A DNA stretch of 64,000 nucleotides from Acidobacteriota bacterium (GTDB taxonomy: Bacteria; Acidobacteriota; UBA6911; JACQSX01): NCBI GenBank assembly GCA_036507075.1, contig DASXQR010000146.1, forward strand, positions 1-64,000, given 5' to 3'. The notes beneath the pieces were generated by a model. The model saw only the letters and a list, made by a program, of their open reading frames with translations, did not search any database and had not been told where the DNA came from. Below, in pieces: positions 30,767-40,396 of the stretch. The position numbers were made by a program, and so were the translations under genes. How positions within the stretch are numbered: the first letter of the stretch is position 1; each line of letters begins with the position of its first letter.

Positions 30767-31563
30767 CAGAGTCACGCCATATCTTATGCCTTTCAGGGGG
30801 TAAGGACAGCACGGCGCTTGCCGTCTACATGCGCGACCGCCTGCCCGAAATTGAGTACGTTTTCTGTGACACACAGAAAGAGCTCGCCGAGACCTACGAG
30901 TATCTCGAGCGAGTGCAGGCATACCTCTGCAAGCCGATTCATCGGCTCAACGCCCAGCGTGGATTTGACCATTGGCTGGAGATCTACGGGGGGTACCTTC
31001 CGTCCGCTCGCATGCGATGGTGCACAAAGATGCTCAAACTGAAACCATTTGAGGAGTTCGTGGGGGATGAACCAGTGCTTAGCTACATCGGGATTCGCGC
31101 TGATGAAGACCGGGATGGCTACATCTCAAAGAAGCCAAATATCAAGCCCGTCTACCCGTTCAAAGAAGCCGGAATCGTCGAGGCAGACATCTACCGGATC
31201 CTCGAAGAGAGCGGCCTAGGTCTCCCGAAGTATTACGAGTGGCGCACGCGTTCCGGGTGTTACTTCTGCTTTTTCCAACGTAAGGCCGAATGGGTCGGCC
31301 TCTTGGAACGACACCCTGACTTATTCGAAAACGCAAAGGCGTACGAGAAGATCGATCCCTCACGTGGCGTCAAGTACACGTGGAATGAGCGCGAAAGTTT
31401 GGAAGAACTCGCCATGCCTGACCGCATAGCCGAAATCAAGAAAAGACACGAAACCAACCTTGACGCGGCCTCACCGCAGCCAGGACAAAGGCTCTACCAG
31501 ATCTTCGGGGCTGCGCTTGACGATGAGGATGATTCTGAGCCTTGTCTTATCTGTCACCTTTGA
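30763..31563 (+). CDS. PAPS-reductase-family protein (SspD/DndC-like, short)
   Basis: PP-loop SGGKDS, RWCT..LK, GIRADE, RSGCYFCF, C-terminal CLICH; ATGA coupling. Confidence 0.9.
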   Translation: MTESRHILCLSGGKDSTALAVYMRDRLPEIEYVFCDTQKELAETYEYLERVQAYLCKPIHRLNAQRGFDHWLEIYGGYLPSARMRWCTKMLKLKPFEEFVGDEPVLSYIGIRADEDRDGYISKKPNIKPVYPFKEAGIVEADIYRILEESGLGLPKYYEWRTRSGCYFCFFQRKAEWVGLLERHPDLFENAKAYEKIDPSRGVKYTWNERESLEELAMPDRIAEIKKRHETNLDAASPQPGQRLYQIFGAALDDEDDSEPCLICHL

Positions 31564-31696
31564 TTTGAGTCGTAGCTCAACTTTCGCGCAACTATATTTT
31601 GCTCCGTAGGCTCGAAGGGGCTGCAGCGTGCGGAGGGGCAAGAATTAAGTTTCCGGCCCCCTTGTCGCACGATGCAATGCGCTACGAGTTCGTGTT

Positions 31697-33493
31697 TTAG
31701 ACGTCAATGTCGGGCACGCGTTGAACCATTTGGGACAAGGATAGCCCCCATTGCGTCCGCAATGTAGAGTAGAGTTCCTGGTTTGCTTTGTCGTCGTCCA
31801 TGGCCTCACCTTTGGCGTAAGCGACGATCAACAAATCGAGACCAATTTGGACGATCCTGGCGATTTCACCCAATTCTTCTTCTGTCATCGCCCCGCGAGT
31901 GGTGTCGTCGGAGTGTAGCCGAGCGGCGGCGAGAACCTTGGCGTAGATCTTTGAGAAGAACGGATGCTTATTGTTGTACGTCACGATGATCTTTTCGCCA
32001 AGGTGCTCTGTTGAAAAGAACTCATTTCCCGGCCATTGATCGTCGATAATAGAAAATGGCAGGGACCCAAAGCGCTCCCGTAATTCCTTGCGTGTCTTTT
32101 TCTCGTCCAGGGCTTTTTCCGGCTCTTCTTGAGCAAGATTCTTTGCCGTTTTGTCTGCGAGATCATCGAGTCGGCGCTCACGCTCCTCGGCGGGAATATC
32201 GCGTCCCGCTCGCGGTTTCACAGAGGTTTTTTCCGCTTCTGCAGCGATTTCCTCTGCCGCGTTATGAACGCCTTTCTGCTGTTTCTCCGCATTCGCTGTC
32301 TCGCCCCACTTCTTTCGAATACGGCCAACCAGGGTTTCCATAACAGGTCGAATGATCTTACGAAGGTCGTGACGCAATTCCTCTACGGGTTCCACGCCGC
32401 GTTTAACATTACGAACTCGAAACGCTTCGTCGAGCACAGGGTCAAAGGATATTTCAATCCCAATAAACCGTGCAATTTCACGCACACCATCGGGGTAGAA
32501 CCGCGGAATGATGTCAAAGAAAATTTCCCGATTCGCACGAACCACCGAAAGGGGCTCGTTTTCAATAATACGGCGTTCGCGATTGAACGTAGTCTCAGCG
32601 CCGGAGCCCCTCTTTGGTCTCCACTGTTCGGGCAAGAGTGTTATTCTGACCTTAATCGGTGCCATCACGGTTGGATCGCTAGCGAGCGGCCAGGGAACCT
32701 CTTCGTCAAATTCGAGTGTGGCTTTGGGATCGTCGGCAAAGCGCGAGTCGAGCAGGTAGAGGGGATCGTGCGCCGCTACGGGCGCACCGTTAACCTCAAT
32801 GACTCTTCCGCCGGCTAGAAAATACCTATAAGTGCGCGCGACCCACTTGATCAAATCAGTCTGGACGCGATCAATGGTTCGAACATCCTTTGCCTTCAGT
32901 GCCTTGCGGGAACTCGCTTGTGGTGCGACCGAAAGACGATCGCATTTCGACCAGACGACGAGCGTACCTGAGGTTTTCGAGTTCGGTAAATCAGCAAATT
33001 CTGCTGGTAGATCGCGCGCTTCGGGGGTAATCATCTGTGTGAGAGTGCCCTCCGCGATTTCATCCAAGTCTATGTATGTGTAGAGAAAAGGGCCGCTGGA
33101 GTTGTCGCGGCTGTACACCTCGACTCGACGGCATTGGCTGATGGCGCCAAGAGTACCGCCGACACCGAAACGCCCCATACCCTTTCGGCTGTTATACCGT
33201 GTCGATTCACCAAGTACTAGACACCTCTGCAAAACGTCCGCCGGCATGCCAATACCGTCGTCACTAATCGCGATCTTATCTACAACCGTCAGCGATTCTG
33301 ATTTCTTGCCTTTTTGGATTGTTTGGAGGGTCTCTATTAAACGCACCCTTATCTCGTTTGCGCCTGCTTCGAACGCGTTGTCAAGAGGCTCACCAATCGC
33401 CGCTTCCAGCGTGTAGCCGGAGGAGCGGAGTGAGTTTAGAGCTTTGTCGACACGAATTAACGGCACCGGTTCGACTAATGTTGTTGTTGCCAT
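31697..33493 (-). CDS. MORC/MutL-like GHKL ATPase
   Basis: EPLDNA, DDGIGM, GRFGVG and GTLVVW motifs; AAGGAG RBS. Confidence 0.88.
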   Translation of the reverse strand: MATTTLVEPVPLIRVDKALNSLRSSGYTLEAAIGEPLDNAFEAGANEIRVRLIETLQTIQKGKKSESLTVVDKIAISDDGIGMPADVLQRCLVLGESTRYNSRKGMGRFGVGGTLGAISQCRRVEVYSRDNSSGPFLYTYIDLDEIAEGTLTQMITPEARDLPAEFADLPNSKTSGTLVVWSKCDRLSVAPQASSRKALKAKDVRTIDRVQTDLIKWVARTYRYFLAGGRVIEVNGAPVAAHDPLYLLDSRFADDPKATLEFDEEVPWPLASDPTVMAPIKVRITLLPEQWRPKRGSGAETTFNRERRIIENEPLSVVRANREIFFDIIPRFYPDGVREIARFIGIEISFDPVLDEAFRVRNVKRGVEPVEELRHDLRKIIRPVMETLVGRIRKKWGETANAEKQQKGVHNAAEEIAAEAEKTSVKPRAGRDIPAEERERRLDDLADKTAKNLAQEEPEKALDEKKTRKELRERFGSLPFSIIDDQWPGNEFFSTEHLGEKIIVTYNNKHPFFSKIYAKVLAAARLHSDDTTRGAMTEEELGEIARIVQIGLDLLIVAYAKGEAMDDDKANQELYSTLRTQWGLSLSQMVQRVPDIDV

Positions 33494-33552
33494 AACAGTT
33501 ATCTCCTTATTTGGTGTGTACGTCTCCGAGAATCGTTGTTTAGAGTAGCGAC

Positions 33553-33759
33553 TCAGTGCCAGTACCTATCGGCCTTCCTTTGGATACGCCGCGTCATCTG
33601 ACAGACGGCGGGGCGAGAGATCCCAAAGGCTCGGGCCACCTGTGCCTGTGAAAAACCCAGCGAGAATGCCGCAACAAGGACGCGCTCTCTGGAGGTTAGA
33701 AAGTTGGAAATAAAGGATTTAGCGCAAACTGTGCGCTCGAGGGTTGATAGGGTTCTCAT
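33553..33759 (-). CDS. Small sigma-70 region 4-like HTH protein
   Basis: LTSRERVL..GFSQAQVARAFGISRPAVCQ..RRI; GGAGG RBS. Confidence 0.75.
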   Translation of the reverse strand: MRTLSTLERTVCAKSFISNFLTSRERVLVAAFSLGFSQAQVARAFGISRPAVCQMTRRIQRKADRYWH

Positions 33760-34216
33760 TTGTCCTCCGTGCTCTCTGTCCGCCTACGGCTGGTCAGAGC
33801 GGAATGTGCGCCAGGAAATTCCGGCGACACTGCCTCTTCTTATAACACCGGTAAGGGTCATTTGTTAACTGGTCATTGAGAAAACTTTCGCAACTGTTAG
33901 GGTTATTCTTGAATTCCCGCTTCCCGAACGCTCACGCATCGCCTGCGCGTACAACCAACAAACTCTTGCAAAGAAGAAACCGAGCAAAACAGGTAATAAC
34001 AGACTACGGTTATAGCGCGCATTGAGGGATTCATCATCCCGGGAAGACAAAGTTGCTTTCACAACCAAAAGAATTCTGCCGAAAAACATTCACACCGTTA
34101 ACTATCTGAGCACGATTCTTTACACTGGTGAATGTCAACGCGTGACCGTCTGCAGACGCAACTGTTGAGATTAGCGTGCAAAGGCTCAAAGCCAGCACCG
34201 GAAAGGGGAATTGTAA

Positions 34217-34393
34217 ATGGCAACTTTCGTGATCTACGAAGATACACGGAAAGAGTACAGGTGGCGCTTGGTGTCGAACAATGGAAGAATCATCGCAGAT
34301 TCTGCCGAAGGATACAGCACCAAGTCCGGCTGCCGTACCGCTGTGGACCTCGTAAAAACGGAGGCACCAACGGCCCACGTCGTAGAAAAATAA
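34217..34393 (+). CDS. DUF1508 / YegP-family small protein (not in ORF track)
   Basis: MATFVIYEDTRKEYRWRLVSNNGRIIADSAEGYSTKSGCRTAVDLVKTEAPTAHVVEK; AGGGG RBS. Confidence 0.88.
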   Translation: MATFVIYEDTRKEYRWRLVSNNGRIIADSAEGYSTKSGCRTAVDLVKTEAPTAHVVEK

Positions 34394-34404
34394 CGCTCGG
34401 CTCG

Positions 34405-34434
34405 GGGGCTCGGCAACCTGTTGAGCCCCCGGGT
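34405..34434 (+). terminator. GC-rich hairpin after the DUF1508 gene
   Basis: cgggggctc...gagcccccg stem; no clear U tract. Confidence 0.45.
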
Positions 34435-34508
34435 GACCGCCACAAGAACGGAAAGGTGGTCTGGAGATTTTCGACAGGAACTGAGAAGGACAGCGACTCA
34501 ACGTGGAA

Positions 34509-34536
34509 TTGACACTAACTTTGAAACGCGTACACT
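34509..34536 (+). promoter_or_regulatory. Sigma70-type promoter of the caspase-helicase gene
   Basis: TTGACA-16 bp-TACACT upstream of ATG 34555. Confidence 0.6.
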
Positions 34537-34554
34537 TTAATTACTTGTCTTGAT

Positions 34555-37500
34555 ATGTCCTTCAAAAGCGTTTTTATCGGCATCGACCGATACCAATCTT
34601 CCCTGATTTCCAATCTCTCGTGCTCGGTACGTGACGCGAAGGCGCTTCACGGGCTTTTCGGTGACGCCTTCGGCACCTCGGAGTCGCTTCTGCTGACTAA
34701 CGAACTAGCAACTCGTTCCGCAATTCTCAAAGGCATCCAGAATCTTCAACTGGCGAGCCCTGACGATGTTGTGGTTATCGGCTTTTCTGGCCATGGGTCG
34801 GACTCGCACCACCTGATTACATACGATGCTGATCCGCTCACTCTCGACGCAACAGCGATACACTTGGACGAACTCACAGATCTATTTTCCAGAATCCCCG
34901 CAGCAAATCTAGTGTTACTACTTGACTGCTGCTTCGCTGGTGGCGCTGGGTCGAAGGTCTTTCATGCTCCTGTGGCAGCAAAGGCACCAGCCTCAGCAGA
35001 GGCACTCTTAAATAAAATTAGCGGGAGAGGGCGGATAATATTCACCGCCGCGACTGCTGACCAAGAAGCCATTGAAGATCGGCGGCGAGGCCACGGCTTG
35101 TTTACATTTTATGTTATCGAGGGCCTCCGAGGTGCACCGGAAATCGTGAAAGCCGGCAGTATACCGGTATTGTCTCTACTGCAATTTGTCTCTCAATCAG
35201 TTATCGAAGCGGCACGGCAAATTCGGCATCAGCAGGAGCCAACCGTTAAGGGTGTCGTTGAAGGCGAATTGAGATTTCCAGTCCTCGCGCCCGGACCGAT
35301 TTACAAAGGATTTTTCCCCGAGTGCGCAGCCACGCCGGTCGGGCCAGCCATCAGTGATTTGGTTAATTTTGGATTTCCGCCGCCAATCATTCAGATTCTG
35401 CAAACCGCGATTCCTTCTCTTAATGAGCTTCAGCAGGACGCGATCAATAAAGCAGGTCTATTCGACGGGCAGCATCTGGTCGTTTCCGCGCCAACCACGT
35501 CTGGTAAGACAATGATTGGCGAACTGGCTGCGCTGCACGGTTTTACAAAAGGCGAGCGCAGTTACATGTTGTTGCCGCTGAGGGCGCTGGTCAATGACAA
35601 ATACGACGAATTCACGGCCAAGTATGGTTCCTTTGGTCTTCGAATAATTCGCTCAACAGGCGAAATCGCCGACGACAACGACTCCTTACTCCGTGGTAAG
35701 TTCGATATCGCATTCCTAACGTACGAGCGATTTGCAGCTCTCGCTCTAACCGTCCCTCACATTATGCGCCAAGTTGGCGTGATCGTTATCGACGAAGTGC
35801 AAATGATCACAGACCGTAATCGGGGCGCCAATCTTGAATTTGTGCTCACATTACTAAAAGCGCAACGGCTTTTGGGCATCGAGCCACAGATGATTGCTCT
35901 CTCAGCAGTGATTGGTGACACGAACGGTTTCGAATCGTGGCTTAATGCGCGCCTCCTGTACACGGAGAAGCGACCTGTGCCGCTTGATGAGGGCCTCATC
36001 GACATGAACGGAGCGTTCCGCTACGTGTCAGAGGCGGGTAAGGAAGAAGTCATCAATAATTATGCGCGACCTGAGTACCGAAAGGGGTCATCGCAGGACA
36101 TCATCATTCCACTTGTGCGGCAGTTGGTCGCTGGCGGAGAGAAGGTTATCGTCTTTCGTGAGACAAAGCCGATTGTGCGAGCAACAGCTGAGTATTTGAA
36201 GAATAACTTGGGTCTTTCTCAAGCGATCGAAACTTTAAACCTGCTTCCTATGGGTGACCCATCTGCTGCGTCGGCACAACTTCGCGGGTGCCTGGAGCAC
36301 GGTGTTGGCTTTCATAACGCCGATCTTGATCGCGAGGAGCGACAGGCTATTGAGGCGACTTTTCGGGATCCGGCCAGCTCTTTGAAAGTGCTTGTTGCGA
36401 CCACTACTCTGGCGATGGGCGTGAATACACCCGCTTGGTCGGTGGTAATCGCAGGTCTTGAGCATCCCGGTTCTCCGTACAGCGTGGCCGAATATAAGAA
36501 TATGGTCGGCCGAGCCGGCCGGCTCGGGTTCACCCCTAAAGGGAAGTCATTTTTAGTTGCGCCGACCCAGGCCGATGCTTACCATCTGTGGAATACATAT
36601 GTTCTGGGCAAACCTGAATCGCTGGTTTCGCGGTTTTCAGATCAGGAACCATTGTCGCTCGTCTGCCGCGTACTCGCAACCGCGGCAGCTTCAAAGGCCA
36701 ATAGTCTCTCCGAACAGGAGCTTGTAGACTTCATTCATTCGACCTTTGCGGCGCATCAGAAAGGACAGTATCTTGACGCCGCGACAGTCTCAGGAACTTT
36801 AGAGCGACTCCTTGGAGGGGGGCTGGTCGAACGGATCGACGACCGCTACCGATTGACTGAACTGGGTAAGGTAGCTGGAGAATTGGGTATTCAGGTCGAA
36901 AGTGTTGTGCGCATTTCACGATCCCTTCGTGGGCTCTCCGCTGGCGAACTAACAGATACCGTCTTATTGGCAGCCGCTCAGACTGCCGTGGAATTGGATG
37001 AAGTGATTTTTCCCGTTCATAGAACATCGACAAAGGAACGGGATCGCTGGCAGGGTGCCGTACGCCAACAGCATTTGCCACCCTCGGTGGCAAGCGAACT
37101 TCGGGCGATTGACGGTCGTGGCTACACCGCGCGATGTAAGCGTCTGTCGGCCGTCTTGATGTGGATCGACGGTGTAGAGCTCAATCGAATGGAGGCCTCA
37201 CTCTTACTGCACTTGCCTGGAGACAATGCAGCTGGACCGATCCGTGCATCGGCGGAGCGAACGCGCGACTTGATCGGGGTCGTCACTCGAATTGGTACAC
37301 TGGTGTCTACTAATGAAGGTTCTGAACCTAGTAATCAAATCGACCAACTTAGCATTCGACTGGAACTGGGCATTCCTGTTGATATGTTGTGGCTTGCAAA
37401 AGAGCTCAAGCGAAGTTTAGAGCGTGGAGACTACCTTGCTTTGCGGCGAGCTGGTTTAACTACCGTAGAAGCAATTGACGCGGCTGACAAAAGTGCCCTG

Positions 37501-37632
37501 GCGCGTGTAATAACGGGCGATGTAAAAATCAAGCGGATTCGCGAGGCTATTGAAAGGATTAAGCAAGCCAAACCTGTAAACACCGATGATCTGCCAATGC
37601 CTCTGCCAGCAATGCGGGCGGGCGAAACTTGA
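34555..37632 (+). CDS. Caspase (peptidase C14) fused to Ski2/Hel308-like SF2 helicase
   Basis: N-terminal FSGHGS and LDCCFAG dyad, GHGLFT; helicase APTTSGKT, DEVQ, LSA, ATTTLAMGVN, NMVGRAGR. Confidence 0.9.
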   Translation: MSFKSVFIGIDRYQSSLISNLSCSVRDAKALHGLFGDAFGTSESLLLTNELATRSAILKGIQNLQLASPDDVVVIGFSGHGSDSHHLITYDADPLTLDATAIHLDELTDLFSRIPAANLVLLLDCCFAGGAGSKVFHAPVAAKAPASAEALLNKISGRGRIIFTAATADQEAIEDRRRGHGLFTFYVIEGLRGAPEIVKAGSIPVLSLLQFVSQSVIEAARQIRHQQEPTVKGVVEGELRFPVLAPGPIYKGFFPECAATPVGPAISDLVNFGFPPPIIQILQTAIPSLNELQQDAINKAGLFDGQHLVVSAPTTSGKTMIGELAALHGFTKGERSYMLLPLRALVNDKYDEFTAKYGSFGLRIIRSTGEIADDNDSLLRGKFDIAFLTYERFAALALTVPHIMRQVGVIVIDEVQMITDRNRGANLEFVLTLLKAQRLLGIEPQMIALSAVIGDTNGFESWLNARLLYTEKRPVPLDEGLIDMNGAFRYVSEAGKEEVINNYARPEYRKGSSQDIIIPLVRQLVAGGEKVIVFRETKPIVRATAEYLKNNLGLSQAIETLNLLPMGDPSAASAQLRGCLEHGVGFHNADLDREERQAIEATFRDPASSLKVLVATTTLAMGVNTPAWSVVIAGLEHPGSPYSVAEYKNMVGRAGRLGFTPKGKSFLVAPTQADAYHLWNTYVLGKPESLVSRFSDQEPLSLVCRVLATAAASKANSLSEQELVDFIHSTFAAHQKGQYLDAATVSGTLERLLGGGLVERIDDRYRLTELGKVAGELGIQVESVVRISRSLRGLSAGELTDTVLLAAAQTAVELDEVIFPVHRTSTKERDRWQGAVRQQHLPPSVASELRAIDGRGYTARCKRLSAVLMWIDGVELNRMEASLLLHLPGDNAAGPIRASAERTRDLIGVVTRIGTLVSTNEGSEPSNQIDQLSIRLELGIPVDMLWLAKELKRSLERGDYLALRRAGLTTVEAIDAADKSALARVITGDVKIKRIREAIERIKQAKPVNTDDLPMPLPAMRAGET

Positions 37633-37663
37633 TAACTTCCGGCGCAAATAGTCCGGGCCCGAC

Positions 37664-39220
37664 TCAAGCTGCTATACTCAGATCATCATTCTCCTCCTGA
37701 CCCCGAACGGCAATAGGGGTTTTCTGCAAAATCATTTCAATTTTGGGGATAAGCTCGTCCCAAGTTCGAAGTCTGTCCCGAAGTGGGCTGCCAGTTGAAT
37801 ATTCAAAGCGATTTGCGATGAGATCAAAGGGAACTTTTAGCATAAACTCCGCATTTTTTCCGATCACGAGCCGGTTCGAAGTCAGGTTTTCCACCAAATC
37901 GCGCTTTTTGTCCAAAATTGCAGTTTTGTACGCAGAATAAGCACTTCCGGCGAGTTCGAGGAATCGCGCAAGCCGATCGTGAAGCGAGGTCCCACCACGG
38001 CTTAAATCCACCAATTTTTCCTCCACATCCCTCTTCGTTCCCAGAAGAGCGTTTTTGCGCTGAACGAACGTGTCCTGATCGACGAGGCGGTCAATGTAAG
38101 CGTCGGTCAGGCGGGCGAAACGCTCCTGAATTGCCGACAACTGCAGGTTCAGCGAATCGATCAGTTGTTTTTGGAGACGGATCCAATCCGCCTTGATCTG
38201 CGAGAGTTTTTGCCGGAGATAAGCCTGCTCAGGGGCGCTGAACCGGAGAAGGAATAATTTCTGAACCAGGCTGTTTTCCACCGCCTCTTCCCGAATGGCG
38301 GTAGTTGGACAAGAAGCGGTATGGCAACGGTAATAGATATGCCCTTTCTGCTTTTCTCCGACCAGCGAGTAATTACATAGCTTGCATTTGAGCAAACGCC
38401 GAAACAGGAACTCGTGCTTTTGACTGCGAATGTTGAACTTGCCATCCAATACTGACTGGACGCTATCAAACAGGGCTTTCGACACGACCGGCTCATGCAC
38501 GCCGGGGAAATGTTCCCCGGTACGGCGCAAACGTATGACGCCGGTGTAAAACGGATTGCGGAGAATCGTTGAAAGCCCGTTGCGGGAAACTTCATTGCCC
38601 CGGCGGGTGCGCAGTCCGAGGCGAAAAAGCTCGTCACCTAAAGTATCTAGATTATGTCTGGCGGTTGAGTAAAGCTCGAAGGCCCGCCGAATGAGCGGCG
38701 CTCGCACCGGGTCAGGACTTTTTGGTTTGCCGGGACCAATGTCCGAATAGCCGAGAGGGGCCTGCATGGGCAGCAGCCCTTGGTTGAGCCGCCCATAAAA
38801 GCCCTTGCGCGTCTCTTCCCGCAAATTACGAATGTAGTCGGCTGCAACTACGGCCTGAATGTCGGCCGAAAGACGACCGCCACGCGAACGCAGGTCCAGA
38901 CTCTCGTTGGCAAAGAAGATCTCTATGCCTTGGTCGATGAGTTCACCAAGATCCGCCCAGTCTTTGAGGTTGCGCGCCCCTCGGTCGATTTTGTGGATGA
39001 TCACGCCAGCGGCGCTGCCCCGGCGAAGCAGCTTAAGCATTCTGTTGAAAACCGGTCGGCCGCGCTTGGCCGCAGTTTCGCGTTCCTCAAACCATTGGCA
39101 CACGGTCAAATTGTTTCGCGCGGCGAAGCGCTCGATGGCGGCGCGCTGTTCCTGCAGCGAAACGCCGCGTTCGCCCTGTTTGGGCGTAGAGACGCGAATG
39201 TAGGCAAAACATTGCCGCAT
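37664..39220 (-). CDS. Large serine recombinase
   Basis: YIRVST..Q, KIDRGARN, recombinase domain, zinc ribbon CxxC...YYRC. Confidence 0.93.
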   Translation of the reverse strand: MRQCFAYIRVSTPKQGERGVSLQEQRAAIERFAARNNLTVCQWFEERETAAKRGRPVFNRMLKLLRRGSAAGVIIHKIDRGARNLKDWADLGELIDQGIEIFFANESLDLRSRGGRLSADIQAVVAADYIRNLREETRKGFYGRLNQGLLPMQAPLGYSDIGPGKPKSPDPVRAPLIRRAFELYSTARHNLDTLGDELFRLGLRTRRGNEVSRNGLSTILRNPFYTGVIRLRRTGEHFPGVHEPVVSKALFDSVQSVLDGKFNIRSQKHEFLFRRLLKCKLCNYSLVGEKQKGHIYYRCHTASCPTTAIREEAVENSLVQKLFLLRFSAPEQAYLRQKLSQIKADWIRLQKQLIDSLNLQLSAIQERFARLTDAYIDRLVDQDTFVQRKNALLGTKRDVEEKLVDLSRGGTSLHDRLARFLELAGSAYSAYKTAILDKKRDLVENLTSNRLVIGKNAEFMLKVPFDLIANRFEYSTGSPLRDRLRTWDELIPKIEMILQKTPIAVRGQEENDDLSIAA

Positions 39221-39283
39221 AAAAAGGAAAAATATGGCGTTAAAAGGCGGGTTCTTGGAGGCCCGGTCGCAGGTTACCTCGGA

Positions 39284-39460
39284 TTACCAAGGAACGTCAA
39301 AGTTGTTATCCCCAGAGCGCCCAGCCTCGAGTCGCTCAAAGATCTGCCAAACCACGGTTAAATAACGCTCCAGGTTTTCTTCGGCTTCCTTGAGTTGCTG
39401 GTCGTTAAGCTCGGGATAAAGCTCGCGCAAGGTTGGAACCTTATCAGGGGCCTTGCTCAT
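39284..39460 (-). CDS. Small hypothetical protein upstream of the serine recombinase
   Basis: MSKAPDKVPTLRELYPELNDQQLKEAEENLERYL..., helical, co-oriented with the recombinase. Confidence 0.65.
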   Translation of the reverse strand: MSKAPDKVPTLRELYPELNDQQLKEAEENLERYLTVVWQIFERLEAGRSGDNNFDVPW

Positions 39461-39964
39461 CTGGTCAACATAAACGAGATTGCAAGCGTTGGATAGACGG
39501 GAAAACTTGAATCGCAGTACCCCCTGAATCCGAATCAAGTTTTCCCGCCTAGAAAATTTTCCCGCAGAGCGCGATGATCCGAGCCGCAATGCATCCCATT
39601 GACTACATCCTGGAATTTCTTTATGAAGCAATTCGAATTATTCTTGTCGAAGAGCTGCATGTTCACGTGCGCTCGAAAATGCTGCGCTGTCGGCGGCGGC
39701 GCATGCGCCGTGTCGCGCCACTTCCCCTACATGAGCGACGACGGTCTGTGCAATGTTATCTACAGGCGCAGTGCCGAATTCGCTTGCGCCAGCACTTTGA
39801 GCTGCTTCGCGATCCCTAGCCAGATTCAACTTTTCCCTCCTTTTTTCAAATCCGCCGGGTTGCTATGGTGAACGTACACGCCGAAAGCTTCCCACTTTGA
39901 GTTCTGCGCCTTGAGTACCTCCTGGTCCGCAGGGCGGAGAGTTCAATTTGAATCGGAGGGAGAA

Positions 39965-40396
39965 ATGAGAATCAGGGAAATCTCGGTCAGGTATGCGGCA
40001 AGCGAAGTTAGGTTGGAGGAAGGCGAAAGCTTTAGAAATTCCCGACAGGTCTTTGAGGCGTTCAGGCAGTTGGCACTGGAGCCGGTCGAAGTCTTCAGAG
40101 TCATCCTTTTGGACGGCAAGAACCGAATGCTCTTTTATGAGGACATCAGCCGGGGCAGTCTAACCGGGGCCTTGGTTCATCCGCGCGAAGTCTTCTGGTC
40201 AGCCATTCACCACCGAGCCGCGGCCATTATTTGCCTTCACAATCATCCTTCGGGTGATCCTGAGCCGTCGGCGGAAGATCGTGAAATCACAGCCCGGCTG
40301 AAGCAAGCAGGTGACCTGCTCGGAATTCGGGTGCTCGACCACATCGTAATCGGCGACGGTTGTTACGTCAGTTTCCAGGATCGCGGCGAACTTTAG
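39965..40396 (+). CDS. radC: RadC-family JAB domain protein
   Basis: VHPREVF, HNHPSGDPEPS.ED, VLDHIVIG; GGAGG RBS. Confidence 0.93.
   Translation: MRIREISVRYAASEVRLEEGESFRNSRQVFEAFRQLALEPVEVFRVILLDGKNRMLFYEDISRGSLTGALVHPREVFWSAIHHRAAAIICLHNHPSGDPEPSAEDREITARLKQAGDLLGIRVLDHIVIGDGCYVSFQDRGEL

Noticed and set aside
26309..31563. BREX type 4 or sulfate-assimilation cysH
   Set aside because: No PglZ or BrxL and no cys genes; the DUF4007/ATPase context favours an Ssp-like module.
34555..37632. Canonical Hachiman or housekeeping Hel308
   Set aside because: No HamA (DUF1837)-like neighbour recognised, and the helicase carries an N-terminal caspase.
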